Below, piece by piece: positions 9,095-16,228 of a DNA stretch of 53,409 bases; position 1 is the stretch's first letter; every line of letters begins with the position of its first letter. The stretch is from Acidobacteriota bacterium (GTDB lineage Bacteria; Acidobacteriota; Blastocatellia; Pyrinomonadales; Pyrinomonadaceae): assembly GCA_031392105.1 (NCBI GenBank), contig JANMUW010000267.1, positions 1 to 53,409 of the forward strand, in the 5' to 3' direction. The position numbers and the translations under genes are program-made. The notes beneath the pieces are model-generated. The model had not been told where the DNA came from, did not search any database, and saw only the letters and a list, made by a program, of their open reading frames with translations.

Positions 9095-9523
9095 GTCAAC
9101 ACAAAATACGTGGCGGACGAAAAAAATCTTTTCATTGATCGATTTGTTGAAGTATGCGGGACTTCAGAGGCCGCGAAGATTCAACGATTGTTGGACATTT
9201 CCTACCAGGCCGCTAAGAATTACCTTCAAGGCCGACTGCCTGACTCCTATGTGCTCCGAACCATCGCGGAACGAACGCCATACTCCTTAAACTGGCTCCT
9301 GACGGGTAAGGGTGAAAAGCTGGTCTCGGAACCTGTTCAGGAAGACACACCTCTATCTGCCAGCCAAATTCGCGATTTGATCCGGAGTGAATGTGTGGGA
9401 CTAATCAACGAAGTGTTGGCGAGCCGAGAGTCGACCCGCCAAAAAGTCGTCGTACTACAGTCCGGAAGCTTGAAGTCGGAAAAGGTAAAGGAAGCTTCAA
9501 CCATCCCCGAACACGAAAACTAA
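9086..9523 (+). CDS. Phage CI-type helix-turn-helix protein without S24 domain
   Basis: FIDRFVEVCGTSEAAKIQRLLDISYQAAKNYLQGRLPDSYVLRTIAERTPYSLNWLLTGKGEK resembles the Phage_CI_repr HTH. The start is TTG 9086 or GTG 9110. The C-terminal 65 aa have no recognisable fold. Confidence 0.65.
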   Translation: MKVVNTKYVADEKNLFIDRFVEVCGTSEAAKIQRLLDISYQAAKNYLQGRLPDSYVLRTIAERTPYSLNWLLTGKGEKLVSEPVQEDTPLSASQIRDLIRSECVGLINEVLASRESTRQKVVVLQSGSLKSEKVKEASTIPEHEN

Positions 9524-9541
9524 AGAAACGCTCAGCTTTCT

Positions 9542-9799
9542 TTATAGAATCGTGTCAATATAGTCGGAAATCGAACGCACGGCTGAACCAAAGTAGGCTG
9601 CCAGGCCGCCTCCACCCATTTCGCCGTCCTCTGTTGTCATTGTCACAACAACTTTCCCAGTCCTGCCGTTTTCTCCAGAATCAGCCAGGCCGCCTCCGCC
9701 CATTTCGCCGTCCGCGAAAGCCGCTCCGCAGAATAGTGCGATCAAAACCATTACCTTGAGAGAGTTGTTCCTGATATTTTTCATTGTCTTCGTCTCCAT
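9542..9799 (-). CDS. Small secreted protein with duplicated DGEMGGGGLA motif
   Basis: Sec signal MKNIRNNSLKVMVLIALFCGAAFA followed by DGE. The likely start is ATG 9784, with GGAGA 10 nt upstream. The predicted mature peptide of about 56 aa carries two DGEMGGGGLA copies, encoded by 30-bp direct repeats at 9600-9629 and 9684-9713 (29/30 identical). Confidence 0.55.
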   Translation of the reverse strand: METKTMKNIRNNSLKVMVLIALFCGAAFADGEMGGGGLADSGENGRTGKVVVTMTTEDGEMGGGGLAAYFGSAVRSISDYIDTIL

Positions 9800-9814
9800 T
9801 TTTCTGTTTTTCTA

Positions 9815-9843
9815 TTGATACAAGGGAGTATCGCCGCTATAAT
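9815..9843 (+). promoter_or_regulatory. Near-consensus sigma-70-type promoter for the TPR/S24-like gene
   Basis: TTGATA (9815-9820), a 17-nt spacer, then TATAAT (9838-9843). The first ATG downstream is at 9872. Confidence 0.5.
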
Positions 9844-9871
9844 ACACCCGACAAAACGAATCCCTCAGCCT

Positions 9872-11344
9872 ATGAATCCCCGCCACCCACAGACAGCCCG
9901 CGCTCATAGCGAACTTGTCCGCGAACTATTCGCGTTAGAACGAAGCGGACATTTCGAGCAGGCAATGCTGGAGTTGCGAGGTACTTGGGATGACACAACG
10001 ATTGAGCCAAGTGTTACAGGTTTAGACCCGCGACTTGCCGCGGAAATTTATCTCAGATGCGGCGCGTTGATAGGTTTCCTCGGACACAGCCGGCAAATTC
10101 CTTCGGCACAGGAGAGGTCCAAGAATCTCCTTACTAAAGCCCGCTCTATTTTTCTCGAACTCTATCAACCTGAAAAACTCGCTGAGTGCGAGGACTATCT
10201 TGCGCTCGCCTACTGGCGGACTGGCGAGATCAACGAAGCAGAAAGCTGGATCGAAGAATCCCACGCACACGACATCTCCGACACATGCGACGCTCGCCTT
10301 TACTCGCACGTCATTAAAAATCTCGTCCGGTTGTCACAAAAACGATTTGCGGAGGTATGTGAAAACTTTTCAGCGTTGCGGGAGTCTTTTTTGGAGAATG
10401 CAGATGACTTCCTGATCGGCAATTTCTATATGAATTTCGCAATCGCGGCGAGAAACATTGGCGACATTTCCAGCTCGCAGGACGCTCTGTATCAGGCCCG
10501 GGATTTTTTCGCCAGGGCGGGCAACAACGTTCAGGTCGCAATGGCAGAGAATAATCTTTGTTATCTCTATAAATCGGAGCGAAAATTTGTCGAGGCACAC
10601 AATGCGATCGACCGCGCGACGGACCTGTTCAAGCAGATCGGAGATCGTACGCGTGAGGGTTTCTCCCTGGATTCAAAGGCTCTGATATTTTTGGACGAAG
10701 GTAAGTATGATGAAGCTCTCGACGCGGTGGATCAAGGCATTGCGATTCTTAGGAAGAGTGAGAACTACGGCTACTTGACCGAAACCATTGCCACGAAAGC
10801 AAGGATCCAATTGTTTTCGAACGACTTTTCCACGGCAACGCTTACCCTTCTCGAAGCTGTCGAGCTTGCGAAGGTTCGGATCGGCGAAGAGGCCGCTATG
10901 CGTCTCATCCGCGAATTCGAACAGGCTCTCGACGATCGGAATTCTGGACGCGGCCGTAACCCGGAAGGCGAGCGGTCAGGTCTGGCCGGCGATGATCTGA
11001 AACTGGTTCTTCCGACATCGATTTCGCACTTCGACGATTATCAGGGAATCTGGATAAGCAACTCTGACCTCGAGCCATACGGACTCGCACGCGGGTCGCT
11101 GGCCGTTGTCGTTGATGACAAGGTTCGGCGCGGCGATCTGATCGCCTTGGTCGAATTAAGTACCGACCTCGTAAGTTGCGGATTTTACGATTCTGACTTC
11201 GGGATTGTATGTCTTGAAGCGGGCGGCTCGGAACCGCAGCTGTTCGATAAGTCGGATATAAAGATCCTTGGAAAGATCGTCGGCGTATGCAGGCAAGAGA
11301 AGAACTCTGACGGCACGCTTGACGTGATACCGCTCGAACTTTAA
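9872..11344 (+). CDS. TPR-like repeat protein with C-terminal LexA/CI S24-like beta-barrel domain (probably non-catalytic)
   Basis: The ORF track starts at TTG 9815, but that TTG is the -35 element of a consensus promoter, so ATG 9872 is preferred. The central part is helical repeats (LALAYWRTGEINEAESW, NNLCYLYKSERKFVEAHNAIDRA, ALIFLDEGKYDEALDAVDQG). The last 110 aa or so (..GIWISNSDLEPYGLARGSLAVVVDDKVRRGDLIAL..ILGKIVGVCR) align by eye with the E. coli LexA C-terminal domain. Confidence 0.6.
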   Translation: MNPRHPQTARAHSELVRELFALERSGHFEQAMLELRGTWDDTTIEPSVTGLDPRLAAEIYLRCGALIGFLGHSRQIPSAQERSKNLLTKARSIFLELYQPEKLAECEDYLALAYWRTGEINEAESWIEESHAHDISDTCDARLYSHVIKNLVRLSQKRFAEVCENFSALRESFLENADDFLIGNFYMNFAIAARNIGDISSSQDALYQARDFFARAGNNVQVAMAENNLCYLYKSERKFVEAHNAIDRATDLFKQIGDRTREGFSLDSKALIFLDEGKYDEALDAVDQGIAILRKSENYGYLTETIATKARIQLFSNDFSTATLTLLEAVELAKVRIGEEAAMRLIREFEQALDDRNSGRGRNPEGERSGLAGDDLKLVLPTSISHFDDYQGIWISNSDLEPYGLARGSLAVVVDDKVRRGDLIALVELSTDLVSCGFYDSDFGIVCLEAGGSEPQLFDKSDIKILGKIVGVCRQEKNSDGTLDVIPLEL

Positions 11345-12157
11345 CTAACGGAAAGCCGAGATGTCCATCCCGTAACGCTCCTTTACGTATTCCTCTGCGG
11401 CCTCATTTACATTTTTCAGATTTGCCAGCCTGCGTTCGGATTTTTTGATGAAGCCTTTCGTGCGCTCGGCCATGTGCTTCAACAGGTCCCTGCCTTCGCC
11501 GAACTCCGCATTTATTTTCTCCCGCAGCACAAACAGCTCGGAAAGCTCAGCCTTTGATTTTTCTTCCTTCAATTCCTTCAGCCTGACTTTGATCTGTGCG
11601 ACTTGCCGGATCGCGCGAACAATATCGTCGCCGACCGAATCACCCTTCACAATATCGGGACTGTTCTTGAAATCGTCGACGAGCTTGTTGAGTTGGGCCT
11701 GATCGCCGGCAGAATAGGCTTCGTTTAGTTTCGCCATGAGGCCGTGGCGCTTTTCCTTTTCTTTCGGATCGAGCGCGAGGTCGGGATGAATAATGCGGGC
11801 AAGATTATGATAAGCCTTCTTTGCTTCCGGCGTGGGGTTCCATTTGAATGAGCAAGCCTCGGCGTTCTCACTATTCGCCGCGGATTCTTCAGCCCGACGT
11901 CTAAGCTCATCGGCTTTCTTTTTTATCTCCTCGTCGTCAGGTACGAGCTTGTATTCCTCTTCCGCGATCTGTGCTTCGATCTCGTCCAGATCGGCGTAGA
12001 GCCGGCCGACTTCCATCTTGTATCGCGCTTCGAACTGTTCAAGCTCTCCACGAAGATCGGCCATTTCTTCTTCACGATCGGCAAGCCGGTCCTTCAGGCG
12101 CCCAAGGAGTCTGTGCTTCTTGTTCAACTCATTTTCTTCAGGTGTTAGCTCGATCAT
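11345..12157 (-). CDS. J-domain (DnaJ-like) protein embedded in coiled-coil regions
   Basis: Contains AKKAYHNLARIIHPDLALDPKEKEKRHGLMAKLNEAYSAGD with the HPD tripeptide, flanked by E/K/R-rich heptad-like segments. Its ATG overlaps the stop of the upstream deacetylase gene (ATGA at 12154-12157). Confidence 0.75.
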   Translation of the reverse strand: MIELTPEENELNKKHRLLGRLKDRLADREEEMADLRGELEQFEARYKMEVGRLYADLDEIEAQIAEEEYKLVPDDEEIKKKADELRRRAEESAANSENAEACSFKWNPTPEAKKAYHNLARIIHPDLALDPKEKEKRHGLMAKLNEAYSAGDQAQLNKLVDDFKNSPDIVKGDSVGDDIVRAIRQVAQIKVRLKELKEEKSKAELSELFVLREKINAEFGEGRDLLKHMAERTKGFIKKSERRLANLKNVNEAAEEYVKERYGMDISAFR

Positions 12158-12891
12158 GAGTAAAGATTCGTCGGCCGGGTAAGCAGGTCGACCGGATCAT
12201 CGATGTTCAGTGCTTCCCTCACGTAAAACGGCTCGCCGGCCTGGGTTCCGATCAACGATCCGAAGTAACGCGAACGGCTTTCAAGCTCATCGAGAAACGT
12301 GCTGCTTGTCAGCCGCGTTTCCGGTTCTGTCGAACCGGGATCGTAGAATTGCGACTTGTGGGCGCGTATCGCGGCCATCTTTTCTTCCAAAAAATCCGAG
12401 ACGTCGACGATAAACGACGCCTGAACTCGGCGCGAAAAAAGATTGTGAGCGACGTTCGGCACCACGATTTTTTCCCCGCCGGTTTCCTCATCGTATCGCT
12501 TCATGCTCGAGAGTCGTGCCGATTCACGAACCAGTTGCGCAATATGATCATGATCGGGGTGCGGGTCGTTGATCTGATGTGTCAGGATCACCCTGGGCTT
12601 CAATCGCCGAAGAGCTCGAACCAACTTTGTCCGGGATTCGTCATCACAGAAGACATGACCGTCCGCGAGACCGAGATTCTCCCTCACATCAAGTTTCAAT
12701 ATCGCCGCCGCATTTTTCGACTCTTCTTCTCGTCCCTCCACGGTTCCGCGCGTTCCCATTTCACCTCGAGTAACGTCCAGGGCTCCGGTCCGGTATCCAA
12801 GATGTTTCATCTTTAAAAGCGTGCCGCCGACGCATAGTTCGACGTCATCCGGATGGGCGAAAATTGCGAGAATGTCGACAGGTTCCATCAA
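12154..12891 (-). CDS. bshB1: PIG-L family deacetylase, BshB1-like (bacillithiol biosynthesis)
   Basis: Contains ILAIFAHPDDVELCVGGTLLKMKHLGYRTGALDVTRGEMGTRGT and HPDHDH, matching my memory of BshB1 N-termini. Confidence 0.7.
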   Translation of the reverse strand: MMEPVDILAIFAHPDDVELCVGGTLLKMKHLGYRTGALDVTRGEMGTRGTVEGREEESKNAAAILKLDVRENLGLADGHVFCDDESRTKLVRALRRLKPRVILTHQINDPHPDHDHIAQLVRESARLSSMKRYDEETGGEKIVVPNVAHNLFSRRVQASFIVDVSDFLEEKMAAIRAHKSQFYDPGSTEPETRLTSSTFLDELESRSRYFGSLIGTQAGEPFYVREALNIDDPVDLLTRPTNLYS

Positions 12892-12923
12892 GTTAAATCT
12901 AGCATAATTGGTATCATTCGATT

Positions 12924-13712
12924 ATGGAACTAACGGTTCTCGGCTCAGGCACGTCCGTGCCAAACGCGAAGCGGAGCAGCTCCGGCTTTTGGCTGCAGAC
13001 GAATGGCGGCTCGATATTGCTCGACTGCTCGGCATCGGCGATCCACCGCATGGCGCAGGAGAAACTCGATTGGCCCGGCCTCGACGCGATCTGGATATCT
13101 CATTTTCATCTCGACCATTGCGGAGGCCTCGCGCCGTTTCTGTTCGGGACCAAACATGCACCGATCATGCAGAATCGGACCAAGCCGCTCCGCATCGTCG
13201 GGGGAAAAGGCTTGAGAAATCTGGTAACGAAATTCAGCGACGCAAACAATTACAATTTGCTTGAGCAGCCATTCCCGATCGAGTTTATTGAGATGGCGCA
13301 CCTTGAAAAGATTGAGATCTTAGACGGTGTCGAAGCGGTCGCGTATTCAACGATTCATACTGAGGACAGCCATGCAATTCACCTTCGCGAGAACGATTCG
13401 ACATTCGTCTACACGGCTGATACAGGGTTCGATGAAACCCTCGCGACCTTCGCGCGTCGCGTCGACTTACTGTTGATGGAGTGCTCGTTTATCCGGAACA
13501 AGCCGATCGACAAACATCTCGAACTCGCCGAAGCAATTCATTTGATCAGACGTGCGGAACCTTCACTTGCCGTGCTAACGCACTTCTATCCGGAATGGGA
13601 TGAGGTGAGTTTTGTTGAGGAGGTCTCAAAATTGTCGCCAGGACGTGATGTGATTGAGGCGACCGATGGATTACGGATCTCCCTTCCGAACAAACTAAAA
13701 ACTAAAAAGTGA
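12924..13712 (+). CDS. MBL-fold metallo-hydrolase (RNase Z/BN-like)
   Basis: Contains LTVLGSGTSVP and the metal motif ISHFHLDHCGG, then TADTG and LTHF. Confidence 0.8.
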   Translation: MELTVLGSGTSVPNAKRSSSGFWLQTNGGSILLDCSASAIHRMAQEKLDWPGLDAIWISHFHLDHCGGLAPFLFGTKHAPIMQNRTKPLRIVGGKGLRNLVTKFSDANNYNLLEQPFPIEFIEMAHLEKIEILDGVEAVAYSTIHTEDSHAIHLRENDSTFVYTADTGFDETLATFARRVDLLLMECSFIRNKPIDKHLELAEAIHLIRRAEPSLAVLTHFYPEWDEVSFVEEVSKLSPGRDVIEATDGLRISLPNKLKTKK

Positions 13713-13775
13713 AAACTGAAAACGCCTTGACGGTCATTTTCAGTTTCCACTTTTTAGTTTTAGTTTGTTCGGAAG
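13683..13775. repeat. 93-bp near-perfect palindrome (ACTAAAA words) between convergent genes
   Basis: The 40-nt arm at 13683-13722 pairs with the 39-nt arm at 13737-13775 with 1 mismatch and 1 indel. The loop is 14 nt. The left arm encodes the last 10 codons (LPNKLKTKK) of the MBL gene. Confidence 0.85.
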
Positions 13776-13776
13776 C

Positions 13777-14205
13777 TTAGCCGCCCACCTTTCGCTTCGC
13801 CATCGCCATCAGCTCGTCAGGCATCCATTTCTCAATTACCTTGTCTTCGGCTTCGGCGATCGACTTGCCGCGGTTGCGCCATTCCTTTGCCGGATCATCC
13901 TCGCGACCCGATTGTTTCGGATAGTTCTCAACCTGTTCAAGGCTGATGATGATGCCGTGAACGACATCGGTCCAATCGTCATTCTGAATTCCGCGAAGCA
14001 CGATCGGTAATCCCGCCGTCCAATCTTCTTCCGGTGCGATGTTGTCGTATTCCGGGATGGTTAAAAACGCGGTCGCTGGGATCGGCTTTCCACTGAATTC
14101 ACTCATCAGCTGTCTTTTCACGTCAGCATAGGTGCCATTCGGATCGGCGGTTCGCATTTCGAGAGCGCGGCGAAAAATATCGGAGACAGTTGGTTGAATG
14201 CTCAT
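13777..14205 (-). CDS. Hypothetical protein
   Basis: 142-aa ORF with ordinary amino-acid composition and no competing ORF. I recognise no family. Confidence 0.55.
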   Translation of the reverse strand: MSIQPTVSDIFRRALEMRTADPNGTYADVKRQLMSEFSGKPIPATAFLTIPEYDNIAPEEDWTAGLPIVLRGIQNDDWTDVVHGIIISLEQVENYPKQSGREDDPAKEWRNRGKSIAEAEDKVIEKWMPDELMAMAKRKVGG

Positions 14206-14299
14206 AGAAATTATTAGCCACAGATTATCACAGAACGTGACCGCAGATAACCGGCTCGCATCCGGATCCGTTATAATCTGGTCGCCGGAATAAAATGAA

Positions 14300-14815
14300 A
14301 TGTCTATGAAACGTCTTATTTACCAACTCCATCTGATCCTCGGCATAGTTGTTTCGATACCAGTTCTGGCGTGGGCGTTGAGCGGATTTCTCTACGCTCT
14401 GCCGAACGTGGTCGAAGGCGGGACGGTCGAAAAGATCGACGCGGCTCGCGTAAAAATCACACCACCCGAGGCGATCGAAAAGGCCAACGCCCTCGCCGGA
14501 AGATCGCTGCCGACCACCGCGCTTGCTCTTCTCATGAGAGACGGTCGGCCGCAGTACCAGTCGATCGGCGGGCTCGGAGCGGATTCGATATTCATCGATG
14601 CGGAGAATGGTGAAACAAGTTTCGCTAAACCGCCGACCTGGAAAACCAGATTCTTCCGCGAGGCTCATTTTTACTTTTTTGCCGGAAGTTGGCAGGTGAC
14701 GCTAATGCTATTGTTCTCCGCTCTCGCGGCCTTATCTGCGGCCACCGGGATCTATCTGAATATCATTTACTGGTCGCGACGGCTCGGCTGGCATACGGTT
14801 CGTAACCAAAATTGA
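14300..14815 (+). CDS. PepSY-domain membrane protein
   Basis: N-terminal TM segment LHLILGIVVSIPVLAWALSGFLY, a central PepSY-like segment (ITPPEAIEKANALAG) and a C-terminal TM helix. Confidence 0.6.
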   Translation: MSMKRLIYQLHLILGIVVSIPVLAWALSGFLYALPNVVEGGTVEKIDAARVKITPPEAIEKANALAGRSLPTTALALLMRDGRPQYQSIGGLGADSIFIDAENGETSFAKPPTWKTRFFREAHFYFFAGSWQVTLMLLFSALAALSAATGIYLNIIYWSRRLGWHTVRNQN

Positions 14816-14887
14816 TCTCCCGACAACTTTACCATTGCTGAATATCATCAGAACCGCTAGCCTAATCTCGTGGTCAGGAAAACTCTG

Positions 14888-15568
14888 ATGAAATTTATAC
14901 TCGCCATTGCACTCATTTTTAGTGGTCTGATGTTCGCCCAAGGACAGGGCGGCAACGAGCAGGCGCCGATCGTCGAAAAAGACATCGTCTATAAGGATTG
15001 GGTCTATAAGAACGTCTTGACCGGGAACGATATGAACCTTCGTAAGTTCACGGTCGGAAAGAAACTGGTGATGGTCGTCTATTTCGCTCCGTGGTGCCCG
15101 AACTGGAAACACGATCTTCAGTTCGTCCAGTCGATGTACGACAAGTACAAGGGCAACGGATTTGATGTAATCGCGGTAGGCGAATATGACCCGATCGATT
15201 CAATGAAAGCGCACATCGGCCAATACAGACTGACTTTTCCCGTGGTCTGGGAATCCGACGCCCGAACGGCAAAGCAGACCACACCGCATTACGCGTATCG
15301 CAGATCTGTCGGCGATACGCGCAACTGGGGATCGCCCTGGTACATTTTTTTGGAAGTTAACAAGCTCGAGCCGGCCGGCTTGGAGATGACAAAAAGGGCT
15401 TCGATAGTGAATGGCGAGCTAATTAAACCCGACGCGGAAAAGTTTATCCGCGAGAAATTGGGTCTTCGTGCTGAAGTAGCCGTGGGGACCGCGAAAGCGG
15501 CAGAGATCGAAGTATGCGAATCGGAAAAGAAAAACGCCACGCTCATAAAGCCTGACGCTAAGCCTTAA
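14888..15568 (+). CDS. Secreted thioredoxin-fold (TlpA/redoxin-like) protein with single-Cys WCPNW motif
   Basis: Signal peptide MKFILAIALIFSGLMFAQ with AGGAAA 6 nt upstream of ATG 14888 (the ORF track starts at GTG 14870). Contains KKLVMVVYFAPWCPNWKHDLQFVQSMYDKYKGNGFDVIAVG. Confidence 0.7.
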   Translation: MKFILAIALIFSGLMFAQGQGGNEQAPIVEKDIVYKDWVYKNVLTGNDMNLRKFTVGKKLVMVVYFAPWCPNWKHDLQFVQSMYDKYKGNGFDVIAVGEYDPIDSMKAHIGQYRLTFPVVWESDARTAKQTTPHYAYRRSVGDTRNWGSPWYIFLEVNKLEPAGLEMTKRASIVNGELIKPDAEKFIREKLGLRAEVAVGTAKAAEIEVCESEKKNATLIKPDAKP

Positions 15569-15595
15569 GAGATCTTCATTCCGAAACAGAAATAC

Positions 15596-15630
15596 GGCGG
15601 ACCCGATTTACGAGTCCGCCTTTATTTTTT
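15596..15630 (+). terminator. Rho-independent terminator
   Basis: Stem GGCGGAC/GTCCGCC with an 11-nt loop, followed by TTTATTTTTT. Confidence 0.75.
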
Positions 15631-15643
15631 GCCTAACCGAATT

Positions 15644-16180
15644 CTAGAGTTCCGCGTTCGGCATTGCGGCAAGGGTGTCGTTGAGCTTTTGCTGAACGGT
15701 CCGAAGGGGCGTGTTTGCCGCCACGAACCTTCCTGCGATCGCTGATGTTTCCGCCTGGCCCGCAAGATCTGAAATACCCTGGATCGTCGGCAGGTATTTC
15801 TTGAGTACCGCCTTTACCCGAAACTCCGATTCAAGCTTCACCATCCCCTCGCGGAGATTGCGTATCGCGGCGATGACCTTTTGCTTGTCAGCGTTATTCT
15901 TGTCTACCGCTTCCTTGTTGAGCCGCTTGGTCTTCAATTCGACGTCCAGAGCCTCGATCGCCTGAGCGATCGAGCCAAGCCGCTCGGTAAATAAGGTTAC
16001 ATTCGCGAGCTGGTTTGAGACCTTTACTCGAGCCGCGCGGACATCAAGCGGAGGAAGCGTCGAGGTTTTTGTCGTCGTTGTCGACCGCTTTACCGGCTTT
16101 TTCGTACCTTGGGCGTACGCTCCAATCGTCAACAAAGCCATTGCCGAAACTGCTAAAAACAAATATCTTGTGATCTTCAT
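15644..16180 (-). CDS. Secreted helical hypothetical protein
   Basis: ATG 16180 is preceded by GGAGG and gives the signal peptide MKITRYLFLAVSAMALLTIGAYAQ. The longer ORF-track version (to 16366) would overlap lipB and has no signal peptide. Confidence 0.6.
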   Translation of the reverse strand: MKITRYLFLAVSAMALLTIGAYAQGTKKPVKRSTTTTKTSTLPPLDVRAARVKVSNQLANVTLFTERLGSIAQAIEALDVELKTKRLNKEAVDKNNADKQKVIAAIRNLREGMVKLESEFRVKAVLKKYLPTIQGISDLAGQAETSAIAGRFVAANTPLRTVQQKLNDTLAAMPNAEL

Positions 16181-16228
16181 CGTCCTCCCCACCTGTTCAA
16201 AGTATGCTGAACATTTTATCATATTGGA

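Noticed and set aside
9600-9713. Two 30-bp direct repeats separated by a 54-bp unique segment, superficially like a minimal CRISPR array
   Set aside because: There are only two copies. They lie in frame inside a signal-peptide ORF and encode the same decapeptide. No leader, further repeats or cas genes are present.
9391-9759. 122-aa plus-strand ORF spanning the HTH gene end and the small-peptide locus
   Set aside because: The product is extremely Arg/Pro-rich. It overlaps the 3-prime end of the HTH CDS in another frame and is antisense to a signal-peptide ORF with an SD.
14228-14668. 146-aa minus-strand ORF overlapping the PepSY-domain gene
   Set aside because: It is antisense to an ORF with clear TM/PepSY organisation. 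Its own product is Arg-rich and irregular.
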